From a virus: a stretch of DNA of 64,000 nucleotides. How positions within the stretch are numbered: the stretch's first letter is position 1; every line of letters begins with the position of its first letter. The stretch lies in the IMG/VR virus record IMGVR_UViG_3300034110_000188, positions 2,955-66,954 of that record; one strand, written 5' to 3'. A program made the translations under genes and the position numbers. Below, piece by piece: positions 49,228-57,799 of the stretch. Below the pieces are notes generated by a model. It worked only from the letters and a program-made list of their open reading frames with translations, was not told the origin of the DNA and made no database searches.

Positions 49228-50473
49228 ATTGAGATAAATCTTTCGAGTCCTTTTTAAATACAGACAAGGTATAATTCTTTTTCTCCTGTACTGCTTTGTA
49301 AATTTTTCTCTCTATTCCTTTACTTGAGAATATCCAATAAACTTTATTTTGTTTTCTATCGATTCCAGACAAACGATCCCTCGCCTGCCAATAAGACACA
49401 GCACTGAACGCAATGTTATAAAACACTAGCGCATCAGCAGCACGTAACGAAATTCCTTCACGTCCAGATACTACCTGCAAGGCAATGTTCTTTCTTGTCG
49501 CATTGAACTCATCTAAGTCGTTTGTCAAGTTATCTGCACCGAAAACTTCTAGCAGTAAGTTATACTCTTCCTTGAATACATAGAAGATACCTATCTTTTG
49601 ACCTTTGAAGTATTCTTTGATGAACTCACCTTTTCTTTTGTCAAGTACCGTTGAGTTACCGCTTTCGAACTTAACTGTACCCGACCAGATTTGGTGTAGC
49701 TTCTGCATCATCTTAGCTCCAGTGTCAGCAAGTATAACCTCAGTCTTACCTTGAACTATCTTATCTTTCATTAGCTCGCGAGCTATGTGTGAAGTCTGTG
49801 GACTCATGTCAACGTAAAGTATCTCTTCGTCAATCTTAGTGCTGAATCCTGCTTCTTCTTGCGTGAAGGTAATCATGTAAGGGTTAATTGACTGCATTAT
49901 CTTATCTCTGATGCCGTCACTGTAATCGTTCTTAGGAAATCCATTGATAATCTTTCTAGTCACGTTAACGTAGTCGTTTGCCCACTTGTAAAAGTTAGTG
50001 TAGTTACGCCACGGAGATCTGTCTGATATCCAAAACTGATGAAACAATTGCGAGTAAGACTCGGGTGACATTGTTCCGCTCAAGAATATCATTGGCTTAT
50101 GCTTGAATAACTTTTTGTACATCGTGGTGTACTTCCCTGGCTTTGGAAATGATCCGAATCGGTGGTGTTCGTCATGTATGATTAAGTCGTATTGACTTGG
50201 TTCCTCAATCTTATGCATCGACTCGTCGTTGCATACAGAAAGATTAAAGCAGTCATTATAACTAAAATCAAAGTAGTCCTTCTTAATAGACGATACAGCC
50301 TTCTTCTTAGTAAGAAACAGAACGTTAGTCGCTCCGTAAAGTCTAGCCGTCTCAAGTGAAGTAAGAGTCTTTCCGCAACGTACAGCCATCGATAGATACA
50401 CCATTCCGTGCTCATTTATTATTGATACGGCTCTATTAGCTATATCAATTTGATATTCACGCAACGTTAACAT
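49226..50473 (-). CDS. superfamily 2 (SNF2-like) helicase
   Basis: LREYQ, CGKT, DEHH, SGT, GREGISL, QARDR. Confidence 0.88.
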   Translation of the reverse strand: MLTLREYQIDIANRAVSIINEHGMVYLSMAVRCGKTLTSLETARLYGATNVLFLTKKKAVSSIKKDYFDFSYNDCFNLSVCNDESMHKIEEPSQYDLIIHDEHHRFGSFPKPGKYTTMYKKLFKHKPMIFLSGTMSPESYSQLFHQFWISDRSPWRNYTNFYKWANDYVNVTRKIINGFPKNDYSDGIRDKIMQSINPYMITFTQEEAGFSTKIDEEILYVDMSPQTSHIARELMKDKIVQGKTEVILADTGAKMMQKLHQIWSGTVKFESGNSTVLDKRKGEFIKEYFKGQKIGIFYVFKEEYNLLLEVFGADNLTNDLDEFNATRKNIALQVVSGREGISLRAADALVFYNIAFSAVSYWQARDRLSGIDRKQNKVYWIFSSKGIERKIYKAVQEKKNYTLSVFKKDSKDLSQ

Positions 50474-50990
50474 AGTACTTATTTTTTAATATATTTCGAA
50501 TAGTGCTAGAGCTAATGTTAAATTTAGCAGACAATTCTATCGTATTTCCATTTCTACCCATTATTCCTTTTGATTTTATAAATCTAACCTGATCTTCTGT
50601 TAATTTTCTGAATGGATTTATCTTATTTAAAACATCATATGAATGCTTTTCATTCTCAGAGTAAGTACACCATTCTAAATTGCTAACTTTATTATTCAAT
50701 CCATTACCATCAATATGGTTTACACATGGTTTGTTCTTAATATTATCAATAAACATTATAGCTACCAATCTATGTACTTGAAATCTTTTAACAGATCCAT
50801 TCTTACTTAATGTTACTCTTCTATATTCAGATTTCCCTCCTCTTTTAATTAATTCTTGATTCAAATATTTTTGCTTGTATTTATAAACATATCCATTTGA
50901 ATAAGTTATGATGCAGTCCTTTCTTCTAACATTTCCCAAGTTAGATACTTCATAATTGTCAAATTCTGTAACTGTTTTCCAAATTTCCAT
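50457..50990 (-). CDS. NUMOD4-HNH homing endonuclease
   Basis: EIWK...YEVSNLGNVR; VHRLVA..F...VNHIDGN..NN...NLEW. Confidence 0.92.
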   Translation of the reverse strand: MEIWKTVTEFDNYEVSNLGNVRRKDCIITYSNGYVYKYKQKYLNQELIKRGGKSEYRRVTLSKNGSVKRFQVHRLVAIMFIDNIKNKPCVNHIDGNGLNNKVSNLEWCTYSENEKHSYDVLNKINPFRKLTEDQVRFIKSKGIMGRNGNTIELSAKFNISSSTIRNILKNKYYVNVA

Positions 50991-50993
50991 AAT

Positions 50994-53372
50994 CTAAAAA
51001 CTTAATTGTTTGTCATCTAATCTGATGAATTTAATTGTTTTGCCTGCTGAGTTACGTGACGTTACTGGTTGGTTTCCTGTGAAGTAAACTCCGTAGCTAT
51101 CTAGCCATCTGTAGAACCTTGCTTGAGGTAAGTTGTATCTACCATACCTACCGTAGTCAGGATATTTCTCAGTGAAGTCGTTGTACATGTCAGTCATCTG
51201 GTACTGAGCGTTAGCTGTATTTGTTCTGTGGTTCTCTTTGTCTGTACACCACTCGTAGAACTCGAAGCACGTATCAGCAATAAACTTACGCGCCTTGATG
51301 TTACGGAACTCAGCCTTAAGTAGTCCAGACTGAAGGTACCTCATTAGGCAACCAATCATGTAGTTGTCGAACCTGTTCCACTCATCTTTGTCCCACTCAA
51401 CGAAAAGTTGTCGTTTGAACTCATCCTGTGGCGTGTGGTTGCGGTTGAAGTACTGTCTGAACTCAATCTCCCACTTACGTCGCTCGAATGAATTACCGCT
51501 ACCTTTAATCGCGTAGTTTGTAGTGATTACAATCTTTGGACTCTGCTCGAATGGAACCTTGATCGCGTCACGGTTCTTCTTCTCAAGTGTAATTCCCTGC
51601 GTAATTATACTGAATAGTCGCTCAAAATCAAAATTTTTCACAACATCATCATACACAAGTATTTGCGTGTCTGCCGATACAGTTTGGTACGGGAACGTCT
51701 TGTCAAACTTAAAGTCCTTACCGTCAATATCAACGAGGCGCTTGATTTTAGCTACAGCTGTAAAGAACAAACCTTTACCTGTCCCTCCCTCTGGATTCTC
51801 TGAAATCTTCTCATCGTTAATAATCACAGCTGGACAGTACGAAGCTGGCTTGTATCCATGCAATAAGAATCCTACAGTTGACTCAAGTGATTTTTTTGAC
51901 TCATCGTTACCGCTCACAAGCTTCACGAAGTTCTTAAAGTCACACTCATCCGTCTCTGATGGCACGTAATCTCTATCGATGATCTGCTTGCTCCACACAA
52001 ATCCGCTAAGGTCAATGTAGTCAATTGGTTGTATCTCAGTTGGTGTGATCTTAAGCGCACAGTTTCTAAAGTAGATAAAGCTCTCAGATACTGAGTCAAC
52101 AACAAACTTCGGGTCGAGTCTGTCAAGTAGCGACAAGAAATCTTCCTTAAAGTAACGCGTCTTATCCGCAAAGTAGTTATAGATTGACTTGTTCTCAAGC
52201 TTATCCAAGTAGTCTAACGTGAATACCTTGATGTCATCTTCCGTAGCATCGTCAATTAAGTTATTCTGAATGCGAACAAACACGAACTTATCTGATCCTG
52301 CATGGTAGTACTTATAGAACCCGTTCTCCTGTAGAAACTTCTTGAACAGGTGATGCACTGGCGATACGACACCTTTGCTGTTTATGCTCCAGAACTCATC
52401 CTCACTGTTCAGTTCAATGATGTGCTCAATTACTTTCTTCACTTCGTTCTTGTCACCTTTCGATACGTACTCAATGATACTATCGATTGGTTTACCTTGC
52501 TTCACGTCACGTTTAATCGCGTCAAGTCGCTCAGTATCTTCGTAGAACTTAGTGTTGTGTATGTGAGTCTGTTTGTATGCTGACTCTACTGTAGTCTTAA
52601 TCTCCACCCAAGGGAAATCCTTTTGCTCGAACTGACGTACAATAACCTTACACATGTCCTCTGATATACCAAACTCATTCATAGCCTGGCACAGTACGTA
52701 TAGGTTGTGGTTGCGAGATCCGTCTACTAAACCGAACTTCGCTTCCCACCACACGAGTAGTCTGCGTGAGATTTCGTCTGTCTCCTCTAGCTTAAGTGTA
52801 GGAACCGTATCAACGATACTTAACTGCTCGTACTTCTCTGTAGGTAAGCTATCCCAAAGTGCAGAGAATTCATTTACATAAATGTCTGGGTCATATGATT
52901 CGTAACATACACGAGATATGTCCTTTGTTGTCTTATCAAATTCAGCACAAGCGTAGTACTCTTCAAGTGCTGCAAAGTATTGTTTGTGATTTTCTATTGA
53001 CGGAGGTATTCTAACAACTAGTTTTAGTCCGTCGTTGCTTGGAGATATGAAGCAAGCAAATGTGTACTTGTCTTCAGATAACTCTTCTTTCTTTTTGTCT
53101 CGTAACTTATTATTCTTGAATCCATCGAAGTCAAGACATATAAATCCCGAGTGTTGCTCAATTGCTTTTGCCTCACGTCTAAGAAACTTACCTGAGAAAC
53201 ATATCGCAGGTAGGTCCTTCTTTAGTTCGTTTCGGTCTGACTTCTCACCCTTGTCTCGGATACGCTCAACGAGTTCCTTTGACGCACCATTTCTAATGCG
53301 TTCAAACTCCTCGAGTATATCCCTGAAGAATGGAGTGCTTGTCTCCTTAATATTCTTAAATACAGTTATCAT
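50994..53372 (-). CDS. primase-helicase (BT4734/VirE-N-like, PriCT-like and SF3 helicase domains)
   Basis: LKKDLPAICFSG, ICLDFD, FISPS.DGLK, KDISRVCYESYDP, G.RN..L, GGTGKG, VITTN. Confidence 0.85.
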   Translation of the reverse strand: MITVFKNIKETSTPFFRDILEEFERIRNGASKELVERIRDKGEKSDRNELKKDLPAICFSGKFLRREAKAIEQHSGFICLDFDGFKNNKLRDKKKEELSEDKYTFACFISPSNDGLKLVVRIPPSIENHKQYFAALEEYYACAEFDKTTKDISRVCYESYDPDIYVNEFSALWDSLPTEKYEQLSIVDTVPTLKLEETDEISRRLLVWWEAKFGLVDGSRNHNLYVLCQAMNEFGISEDMCKVIVRQFEQKDFPWVEIKTTVESAYKQTHIHNTKFYEDTERLDAIKRDVKQGKPIDSIIEYVSKGDKNEVKKVIEHIIELNSEDEFWSINSKGVVSPVHHLFKKFLQENGFYKYYHAGSDKFVFVRIQNNLIDDATEDDIKVFTLDYLDKLENKSIYNYFADKTRYFKEDFLSLLDRLDPKFVVDSVSESFIYFRNCALKITPTEIQPIDYIDLSGFVWSKQIIDRDYVPSETDECDFKNFVKLVSGNDESKKSLESTVGFLLHGYKPASYCPAVIINDEKISENPEGGTGKGLFFTAVAKIKRLVDIDGKDFKFDKTFPYQTVSADTQILVYDDVVKNFDFERLFSIITQGITLEKKNRDAIKVPFEQSPKIVITTNYAIKGSGNSFERRKWEIEFRQYFNRNHTPQDEFKRQLFVEWDKDEWNRFDNYMIGCLMRYLQSGLLKAEFRNIKARKFIADTCFEFYEWCTDKENHRTNTANAQYQMTDMYNDFTEKYPDYGRYGRYNLPQARFYRWLDSYGVYFTGNQPVTSRNSAGKTIKFIRLDDKQLSF

Positions 53373-53375
53373 AAT

Positions 53376-53555
53376 TTAACTTCCGCAATATAAACAACCG
53401 TCCTCATCGTCATCTAACTCTGGGTTAGTTTCGATCTCTGGGTTGAGCTGTTTCTTTAATTCATAAATCTGTTGCATTATCTCTCCATCCTTGAAGATAT
53501 CACCCGTAAGTTTTGATTTTAGCTTTTCAATTTCATCTTTATTTGGTTGTTTCAT
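53376..53555 (-). CDS. small acidic protein ending CLYCGS (59 aa)
   Basis: Manual translation MKQPNKDEIEKLKSKLTGDIFKDGEIMQQIYELKKQL...DDDEDGCLYCGS*. Confidence 0.7.
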   Translation of the reverse strand: MKQPNKDEIEKLKSKLTGDIFKDGEIMQQIYELKKQLNPEIETNPELDDDEDGCLYCGS

Positions 53556-53707
53556 TGTTCTTGTTGTTTAAGTTCTTCTATTAACTCTAAAAATTCTTTT
53601 AATGGTAATTTACCCGTTTTAACCCATTCATAAATTAATTTATACTTTTCTGAATTAAGGCTCAAAGCATTTAGTTTTTCTGTTCTGTCAATTTTTGTTT
53701 GTGTCAT
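53552..53707 (-). CDS. micro-cassette gene (51 aa) ending KQQEQ
   Basis: Manual translation MTQTKIDRTEK...KLIYEWVKTGKL...ELKQQEQ*. Confidence 0.7.
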   Translation of the reverse strand: MTQTKIDRTEKLNALSLNSEKYKLIYEWVKTGKLPLKEFLELIEELKQQEQ

Positions 53708-53949
53708 TGTTCTTGTTGTTTAGTTATTTCTAATTCAGAAAGTAAAGAATCTGCAAATTGCACGGATAAAATAGGCAATTGTTTAAGAATATTTTCAGTT
53801 ATTAAAGCATTTGAGCAACTTGCTAACAACCCTTGCATTGCTAATCCTGCAAAGTATTCACGTTTTGTTAAACCTTTAGAATACTCTTGAACTTCTCCAC
53901 TATGTGTGTAAACTAAATGTGGATTTATTGGTTCGTTTTCGTTTTTCAT
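53704..53949 (-). CDS. micro-cassette gene (GLTKREYFA..AMQGLLA family) ending KQQEQ
   Basis: ORF track; widespread phage motif. Confidence 0.75.
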   Translation of the reverse strand: MKNENEPINPHLVYTHSGEVQEYSKGLTKREYFAGLAMQGLLASCSNALITENILKQLPILSVQFADSLLSELEITKQQEQ

Positions 53950-54092
53950 TGTTCTTGTTGTTTAAGGATAAAGGCTAATACTATTGATACTAAAAAAATA
54001 GTTCCACCTAATCCTTGATTAATTACTGCACCAATGTATAATCCGAAAAACATTACTACTACTATCATTAATGCTATTATATCTTTTCCCAT
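53946..54092 (-). CDS. micro-cassette gene, two-TM membrane peptide (48 aa) ending KQQEQ
   Basis: Manual translation MGKDIIALMIVVVMFFGLYIGAVINQGLGGTIFLVSIVLAFILKQQEQ*. Confidence 0.65.
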   Translation of the reverse strand: MGKDIIALMIVVVMFFGLYIGAVINQGLGGTIFLVSIVLAFILKQQEQ

Positions 54093-54360
54093 CTTATTCT
54101 GATTTAAGTTGTCCTAATCTTGAATTTATAAGTTTATGTAATCTTACATGGTCATCTTTTTTACCTAAAAAAAACGCAAGATTTACATCATCTTCACTAA
54201 ACCCTTTCTGTTGCTTTTCCATTTCCAACTTTGCATAAGCCAAGCACAAACAATCTTCAATTGCTTTAAATGAACCCGTGTAAAGTTTTGTTTCTTTGAG
54301 TTGTTCCATTTCTGAAATCAATTCCCGTACTGCTGTTTGTTTCATCTTATTCTGATTTAA
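54090..54360. repeat. two exact 18-bp direct repeats CATCTTATTCTGATTTAA at gene junctions
   Basis: 54090-54107 and 54343-54360. Confidence 0.95.
54094..54345 (-). CDS. micro-cassette gene (MKQTAV...MEKQQ type) ending LKSE
   Basis: ORF track; bounded by the 18-bp repeats. Confidence 0.7.
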   Translation of the reverse strand: MKQTAVRELISEMEQLKETKLYTGSFKAIEDCLCLAYAKLEMEKQQKGFSEDDVNLAFFLGKKDDHVRLHKLINSRLGQLKSE

Positions 54361-54557
54361 AAGTTAAATAATACTGCTAAAAGTGTAACAGATAAAAGTA
54401 TTGTGCTAATCATGTAAAATTTATACATTCTTTCATACTTTTTTAATTCTTTTCCTATTTCTGTGATTTCAATATCTGTTATAGGTCTTCCTCTTTGTTC
54501 TTCCCTATTTTTTTTGATATATTCATTAAGCATTTTTTTTGTTTTTATTAATTTCAT
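54357..54557 (-). CDS. micro-cassette gene with C-terminal TM helix
   Basis: ORF track; starts within the 19-bp repeat and ends within the 18-bp repeat. Confidence 0.65.
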   Translation of the reverse strand: MKLIKTKKMLNEYIKKNREEQRGRPITDIEITEIGKELKKYERMYKFYMISTILLSVTLLAVLFNF

Positions 54558-54850
54558 TGTTCTTGTTGTTTAGTTATACTTTTATGTTGTTCAATTGTTA
54601 TAGATGTTTGTTTAACCACACAAACTCTATCGCTCGATCCAAATGGGAGCAAGTAGTGAGCGTCAAATGACTCACTGAATAGTACGCTTGTGTCGTGGTT
54701 ATCTAATACGTTTAACTCATCAAAGTTCGCTACTGTGTACTTAACGTTGTCGCTAATCACTATCCAACCTTCTTTGGTGTATAGCGCGCGACCAAATAAA
54801 AAGGGGAGATTATCTCTCCCCACTTTACTCTTAGAATGGAGGCTCAGCAT
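54554..54850 (-). CDS. hypothetical protein ending ITKQQEQ (start uncertain: 54850 or 54907)
   Basis: ORF track; ends in the 19-bp repeat. Confidence 0.55.
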   Translation of the reverse strand: MLSLHSKSKVGRDNLPFLFGRALYTKEGWIVISDNVKYTVANFDELNVLDNHDTSVLFSESFDAHYLLPFGSSDRVCVVKQTSITIEQHKSITKQQEQ

Positions 54851-55136
54851 CTGATACAGTTGCTTCAACTCTGAATGCGTCAAGCGTGTTGAAGTACTTA
54901 ACTTCACCGTCTTTTGGACTAACCCACTCGCGCCCTTTCAAACCGAAAGAAATCTCGCACTCATCACCTTCTTTAACTCCGTCAAGTAACGTAACGTTTT
55001 TTTGCGATAACTGGAACGAGACAAGTTGCTCGTAGTTACCATCTTGAATTGACAATACAAACTCTCTCTTTGAGAATTTATCTGACACTTGTACAGTGTC
55101 TCCCTTAACTTTAAGGGTTCCTTGAACTTTAAACAT
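54831..55136 (-). CDS. DUF3127-family OB-fold ssDNA-binding protein
   Basis: VSDKFSKREFVL...V.FQL...F.L.GREW...YFNTL.AF; acidic PF tail; start moved to ATG 55136. Confidence 0.8.
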   Translation of the reverse strand: MFKVQGTLKVKGDTVQVSDKFSKREFVLSIQDGNYEQLVSFQLSQKNVTLLDGVKEGDECEISFGLKGREWVSPKDGEVKYFNTLDAFRVEATVSDAEPPF

Positions 55137-55854
55137 TGAACTTTGATTTATATTCGTAATAGTATTCTGACGCAAGTTTACCTTTAGCGTCAAACATTTT
55201 TATATCTTCTTCTGTTAATTCTACATCAAACGACGCAACACGTAACTCCAACGGTAAGTCACCACATTCGTGCAACGATAAGTCTTCGTATGCTGGTATC
55301 AATTCCTCTGGAGTATCTACCAATACATACGCAACTTTACCTTTAGTCCAGCCTTTCATATAGAGGTAGCATTTCACTTGCCACTCGTACTGAGCATTCT
55401 TTGGGTCCTTGTAGTGCTTAATGAAACTCTTCTTGTCTGTAGCTGTCTTGATATCGATAATCATTTCATTATCGTAGTCAATTATATCTGGGTGACCCGT
55501 CCAAAACTCTGTACTTAACTCTTCGTCAGACTTTACAAAGTTAGTAAACCAAAGTGAATTAACAATACCTATTGACTCATCTTCGCACATAGTTCCTTTC
55601 TGAGTTCTATAGCTACTGAACGACGAAGTATATTGCCATATCTCAGCATCAACCGACTCTTCGATGAAAGACTTAGCACCAGGAGTAAGCTCTATTTGTG
55701 CGTCGCGTTTCTTAATCAACTCGTCTCTAGTCTCTGCTTGCTTATCAGTTAGCTTAATCTTCATCATCAACTCATTCAACGTGCGATGTTGAGCTTCAGT
55801 CAATCCATGACTACCAGCCATGATTGAGTACGCACTACTTGCTCTGGACTTCAT
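55129..55854 (-). CDS. YqaJ/lambda-like PD-(D/E)xK exonuclease
   Basis: RAS, KG...E, GHPD, IDIK, YEWQVKCY. Confidence 0.8.
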   Translation of the reverse strand: MKSRASSAYSIMAGSHGLTEAQHRTLNELMMKIKLTDKQAETRDELIKKRDAQIELTPGAKSFIEESVDAEIWQYTSSFSSYRTQKGTMCEDESIGIVNSLWFTNFVKSDEELSTEFWTGHPDIIDYDNEMIIDIKTATDKKSFIKHYKDPKNAQYEWQVKCYLYMKGWTKGKVAYVLVDTPEELIPAYEDLSLHECGDLPLELRVASFDVELTEEDIKMFDAKGKLASEYYYEYKSKFNV

Positions 55855-56311
55855 CTAATTGTTTGATTTGTTCGTCAGTTAATATTCTTGTGCTAAGGAT
55901 TTGTTCCTTAGTCCACGTCCCGTCTTGTACAGCCTTGATCGCTTTAGGGAAGTCCTTGTCGCTGATTGGTGTCTTACGTGGCGCAGGTTTGTCGCGCTTA
56001 ACTCTAATTGCGTCAACCATGTCGCCGTCCTGTACCGAGCGTACCTTAGCTGTTATCAACTCGATTTCCTTACCGACCCACTTAGTAAAGTCAGGTGTAC
56101 CAACCGCACTTGCAATTGCCTTCATGTTAGTTGAGTTAGCCATAAGAGGTTTAGGTAAGTCACTAAACTCAATTACAATTTTCTCAACACCTTGTAGCTC
56201 AGAAATTTTCTTCTTGCTAACTGATTTTATTTTACCAATCAAGCTACCACCTGTTGGCACGTCCCATGCACCTAAGTACGGTGATGGCATTAATTCTCTC
56301 CAATGATTCAT
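55835..56311 (-). CDS. putative ssDNA-binding/annealing partner of the exonuclease
   Basis: HWR...YLGAWD...KPL..N.TN...W.GK.I.L...DAIRV; directly upstream of the exonuclease. Confidence 0.5.
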   Translation of the reverse strand: MNHWRELMPSPYLGAWDVPTGGSLIGKIKSVSKKKISELQGVEKIVIEFSDLPKPLMANSTNMKAIASAVGTPDFTKWVGKEIELITAKVRSVQDGDMVDAIRVKRDKPAPRKTPISDKDFPKAIKAVQDGTWTKEQILSTRILTDEQIKQLDEVQSK

Positions 56312-56321
56312 ATTATTTAAT

Positions 56322-56546
56322 TTACCAAGATTCAACATTATTAATACAGTAGTCATCACCAGGATGAGCATTCATCCAATCGCCTTCGCTCAAGTAAAAT
56401 GTCTTAACATTTTGTGAGCAACTGTTCTTAATTACTACTGAGTAATCTGACACGTTATCGCTTTGTATAACACCGCAGTTACAATTTTCTTTTTCGCAAG
56501 ATGTCATCCCGATGACAATTACTGCTAACATAATTAACTTTTTCAT
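56322..56546 (-). CDS. small Cys-rich lipoprotein
   Basis: GMTS-C lipobox; CNC...C...C. Confidence 0.7.
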   Translation of the reverse strand: MKKLIMLAVIVIGMTSCEKENCNCGVIQSDNVSDYSVVIKNSCSQNVKTFYLSEGDWMNAHPGDDYCINNVESW

Positions 56547-56547
56547 A

Positions 56548-57228
56548 TTATTTGATTTTATTTAGATACCATATTGCTTTGTTGATGTCTTGCTTGAAGT
56601 CATCACCTGGCTTATCGCCAGCTCTTGAAATGTATTTGAATGCATTGAGTAGGCAGAAGCTCTCGAACTTTTCTTGACCAAACATGTCAATCATAATCTC
56701 CCATACTTCCTTGTCACCTTTCTTGTAGTGATCGGGTTCAACGAAGTTGTATTCTTTTTGTTCACTAACTGGTTCTTCTATAAACTTACTGTCAGAAATT
56801 ACATCGTCGCAGTTTCGAATTGGATACTCCGAGTAAGTAATCGTTTTATCTTCCCAAGCGATGATTGACTCTATTTTCTTATCCTTCCAATCTGTTGGTT
56901 TGATTTCTTTACCAGTTGCCCAAATATATCCAAGTGCGCCGAGTTTATGTAAAACAGCGAACTTAAAGTCAGGTACATTTATTTTGTATACTATACCGTC
57001 AGCGTCGTTGTTCTGAATAATAAAGTCTAGTTCATCAATTGCTTCTAAGCCATAGTTAATACTACTCCATGATATAGTTTTTTCATGTACTATAATTGAC
57101 TTGATGTCATCAGAAGGAGGTGTCTTTGGATCTATAGGATTCCCTTGATTCCATCTATATCCAAGTTGCTTTAGTTTGAATAGCAAGGCATATAGATAAC
57201 CGTTGTTTATATTAATTTTTTGTTCCAT
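56548..57228 (-). CDS. DUF3310 (T7 gp1.7/SaV-like) domain protein with duplicated N-terminal module
   Basis: PDHY...FCLLNAFKYISRAG.K...DINKAIWYL; LGY.W..G twice. Confidence 0.75.
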   Translation of the reverse strand: MEQKININNGYLYALLFKLKQLGYRWNQGNPIDPKTPPSDDIKSIIVHEKTISWSSINYGLEAIDELDFIIQNNDADGIVYKINVPDFKFAVLHKLGALGYIWATGKEIKPTDWKDKKIESIIAWEDKTITYSEYPIRNCDDVISDSKFIEEPVSEQKEYNFVEPDHYKKGDKEVWEIMIDMFGQEKFESFCLLNAFKYISRAGDKPGDDFKQDINKAIWYLNKIK

Positions 57229-57261
57229 GCTGTAAAAATATTTAATGTTAATTGAATTAAG

Positions 57262-57444
57262 TTATTTTTTCTTATTTTGTTTATAATCTAAGTAAAATCC
57301 CGTAGCAACTATTAAGTTCATTCCCATAGATGCAATCACCTCGTGCAAGTCAGCGTAAACGTTTGTGCTTAAGTGAACGTGACCAACTACCCAGAATGGA
57401 ACCGACAAGTTCTGCGAGATCCAGATGATGGTGAACCTTAACAT
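57262..57444 (-). CDS. small membrane protein
   Basis: IWISQNLSVPFWVVGHVHLS; hydrophobic. Confidence 0.6.
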   Translation of the reverse strand: MLRFTIIWISQNLSVPFWVVGHVHLSTNVYADLHEVIASMGMNLIVATGFYLDYKQNKKK

Positions 57445-57545
57445 TACAGTACGTAACTAAGGACCAACCACGGACCAAACATGTACAGTAGCGACATTAA
57501 TATCGCAAGTAGTACACCGAATGTTTTATCAAGTATGTTTCTCAT
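57444..57545 (-). CDS. membrane micropeptide (33 aa)
   Basis: Manual translation MRNILDKTFGVLLAILMSLLYMFGPWLVLSYVL*. Confidence 0.45.
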   Translation of the reverse strand: MRNILDKTFGVLLAILMSLLYMFGPWLVLSYVL

Positions 57546-57705
57546 ATAACTTGTGTAAAAGTTTACCCATTGCTAATGGAAATATTACCATACAGATGCA
57601 TGCATAGAAAATAAGTCCTATTACTTTTTGCCACCAGTGATGGAGTTTATCGAATCCACTCAATGAAAAGAATGTAAATGCAAAACTTAATGCGAAATAA
57701 ATCAT
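57529..57705 (-). CDS. membrane peptide (58 aa)
   Basis: Manual translation MIYFALSFAFTFFSLSG...KVIGLIFYACICMVIFPLAMG... Confidence 0.45.
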   Translation of the reverse strand: MIYFALSFAFTFFSLSGFDKLHHWWQKVIGLIFYACICMVIFPLAMGKLLHKLYEKHT

Positions 57706-57799
57706 GTTAATAAAGTTTTAAGTAAATAAATAAAAAGTGTTGGTCCTAACCCGACGGCTAGTAGTCCAACCGCAGCAAGAAATACTCCAGCTGCATTGT

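Larger units (their letters stand above)
53552..54572. repeat. four exact 19-bp direct repeats TCATTGTTCTTGTTGTTTA at gene junctions
   Basis: 53552-53570, 53704-53722, 53946-53964, 54554-54572. Confidence 0.95.

Noticed and set aside
51523-53379. + strand ORFs of 75-148 aa antisense to the primase-helicase, and similar shadow ORFs within the terL, portal, MCP and giant genes
   Set aside because: Antisense or out-of-frame shadows of strongly coding genes, with no motifs or initiation context.
53552-54572. CRISPR array interpretation of the 19-bp repeats
   Set aside because: Spacers are 133-589 bp, irregular and protein-coding; the repeats are not palindromic; no cas genes are present.
46005-56311. 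Claim that the phage lacks a DNA polymerase
   Set aside because: None is seen in the window, but the genome continues past at least the left edge, so absence cannot be concluded.
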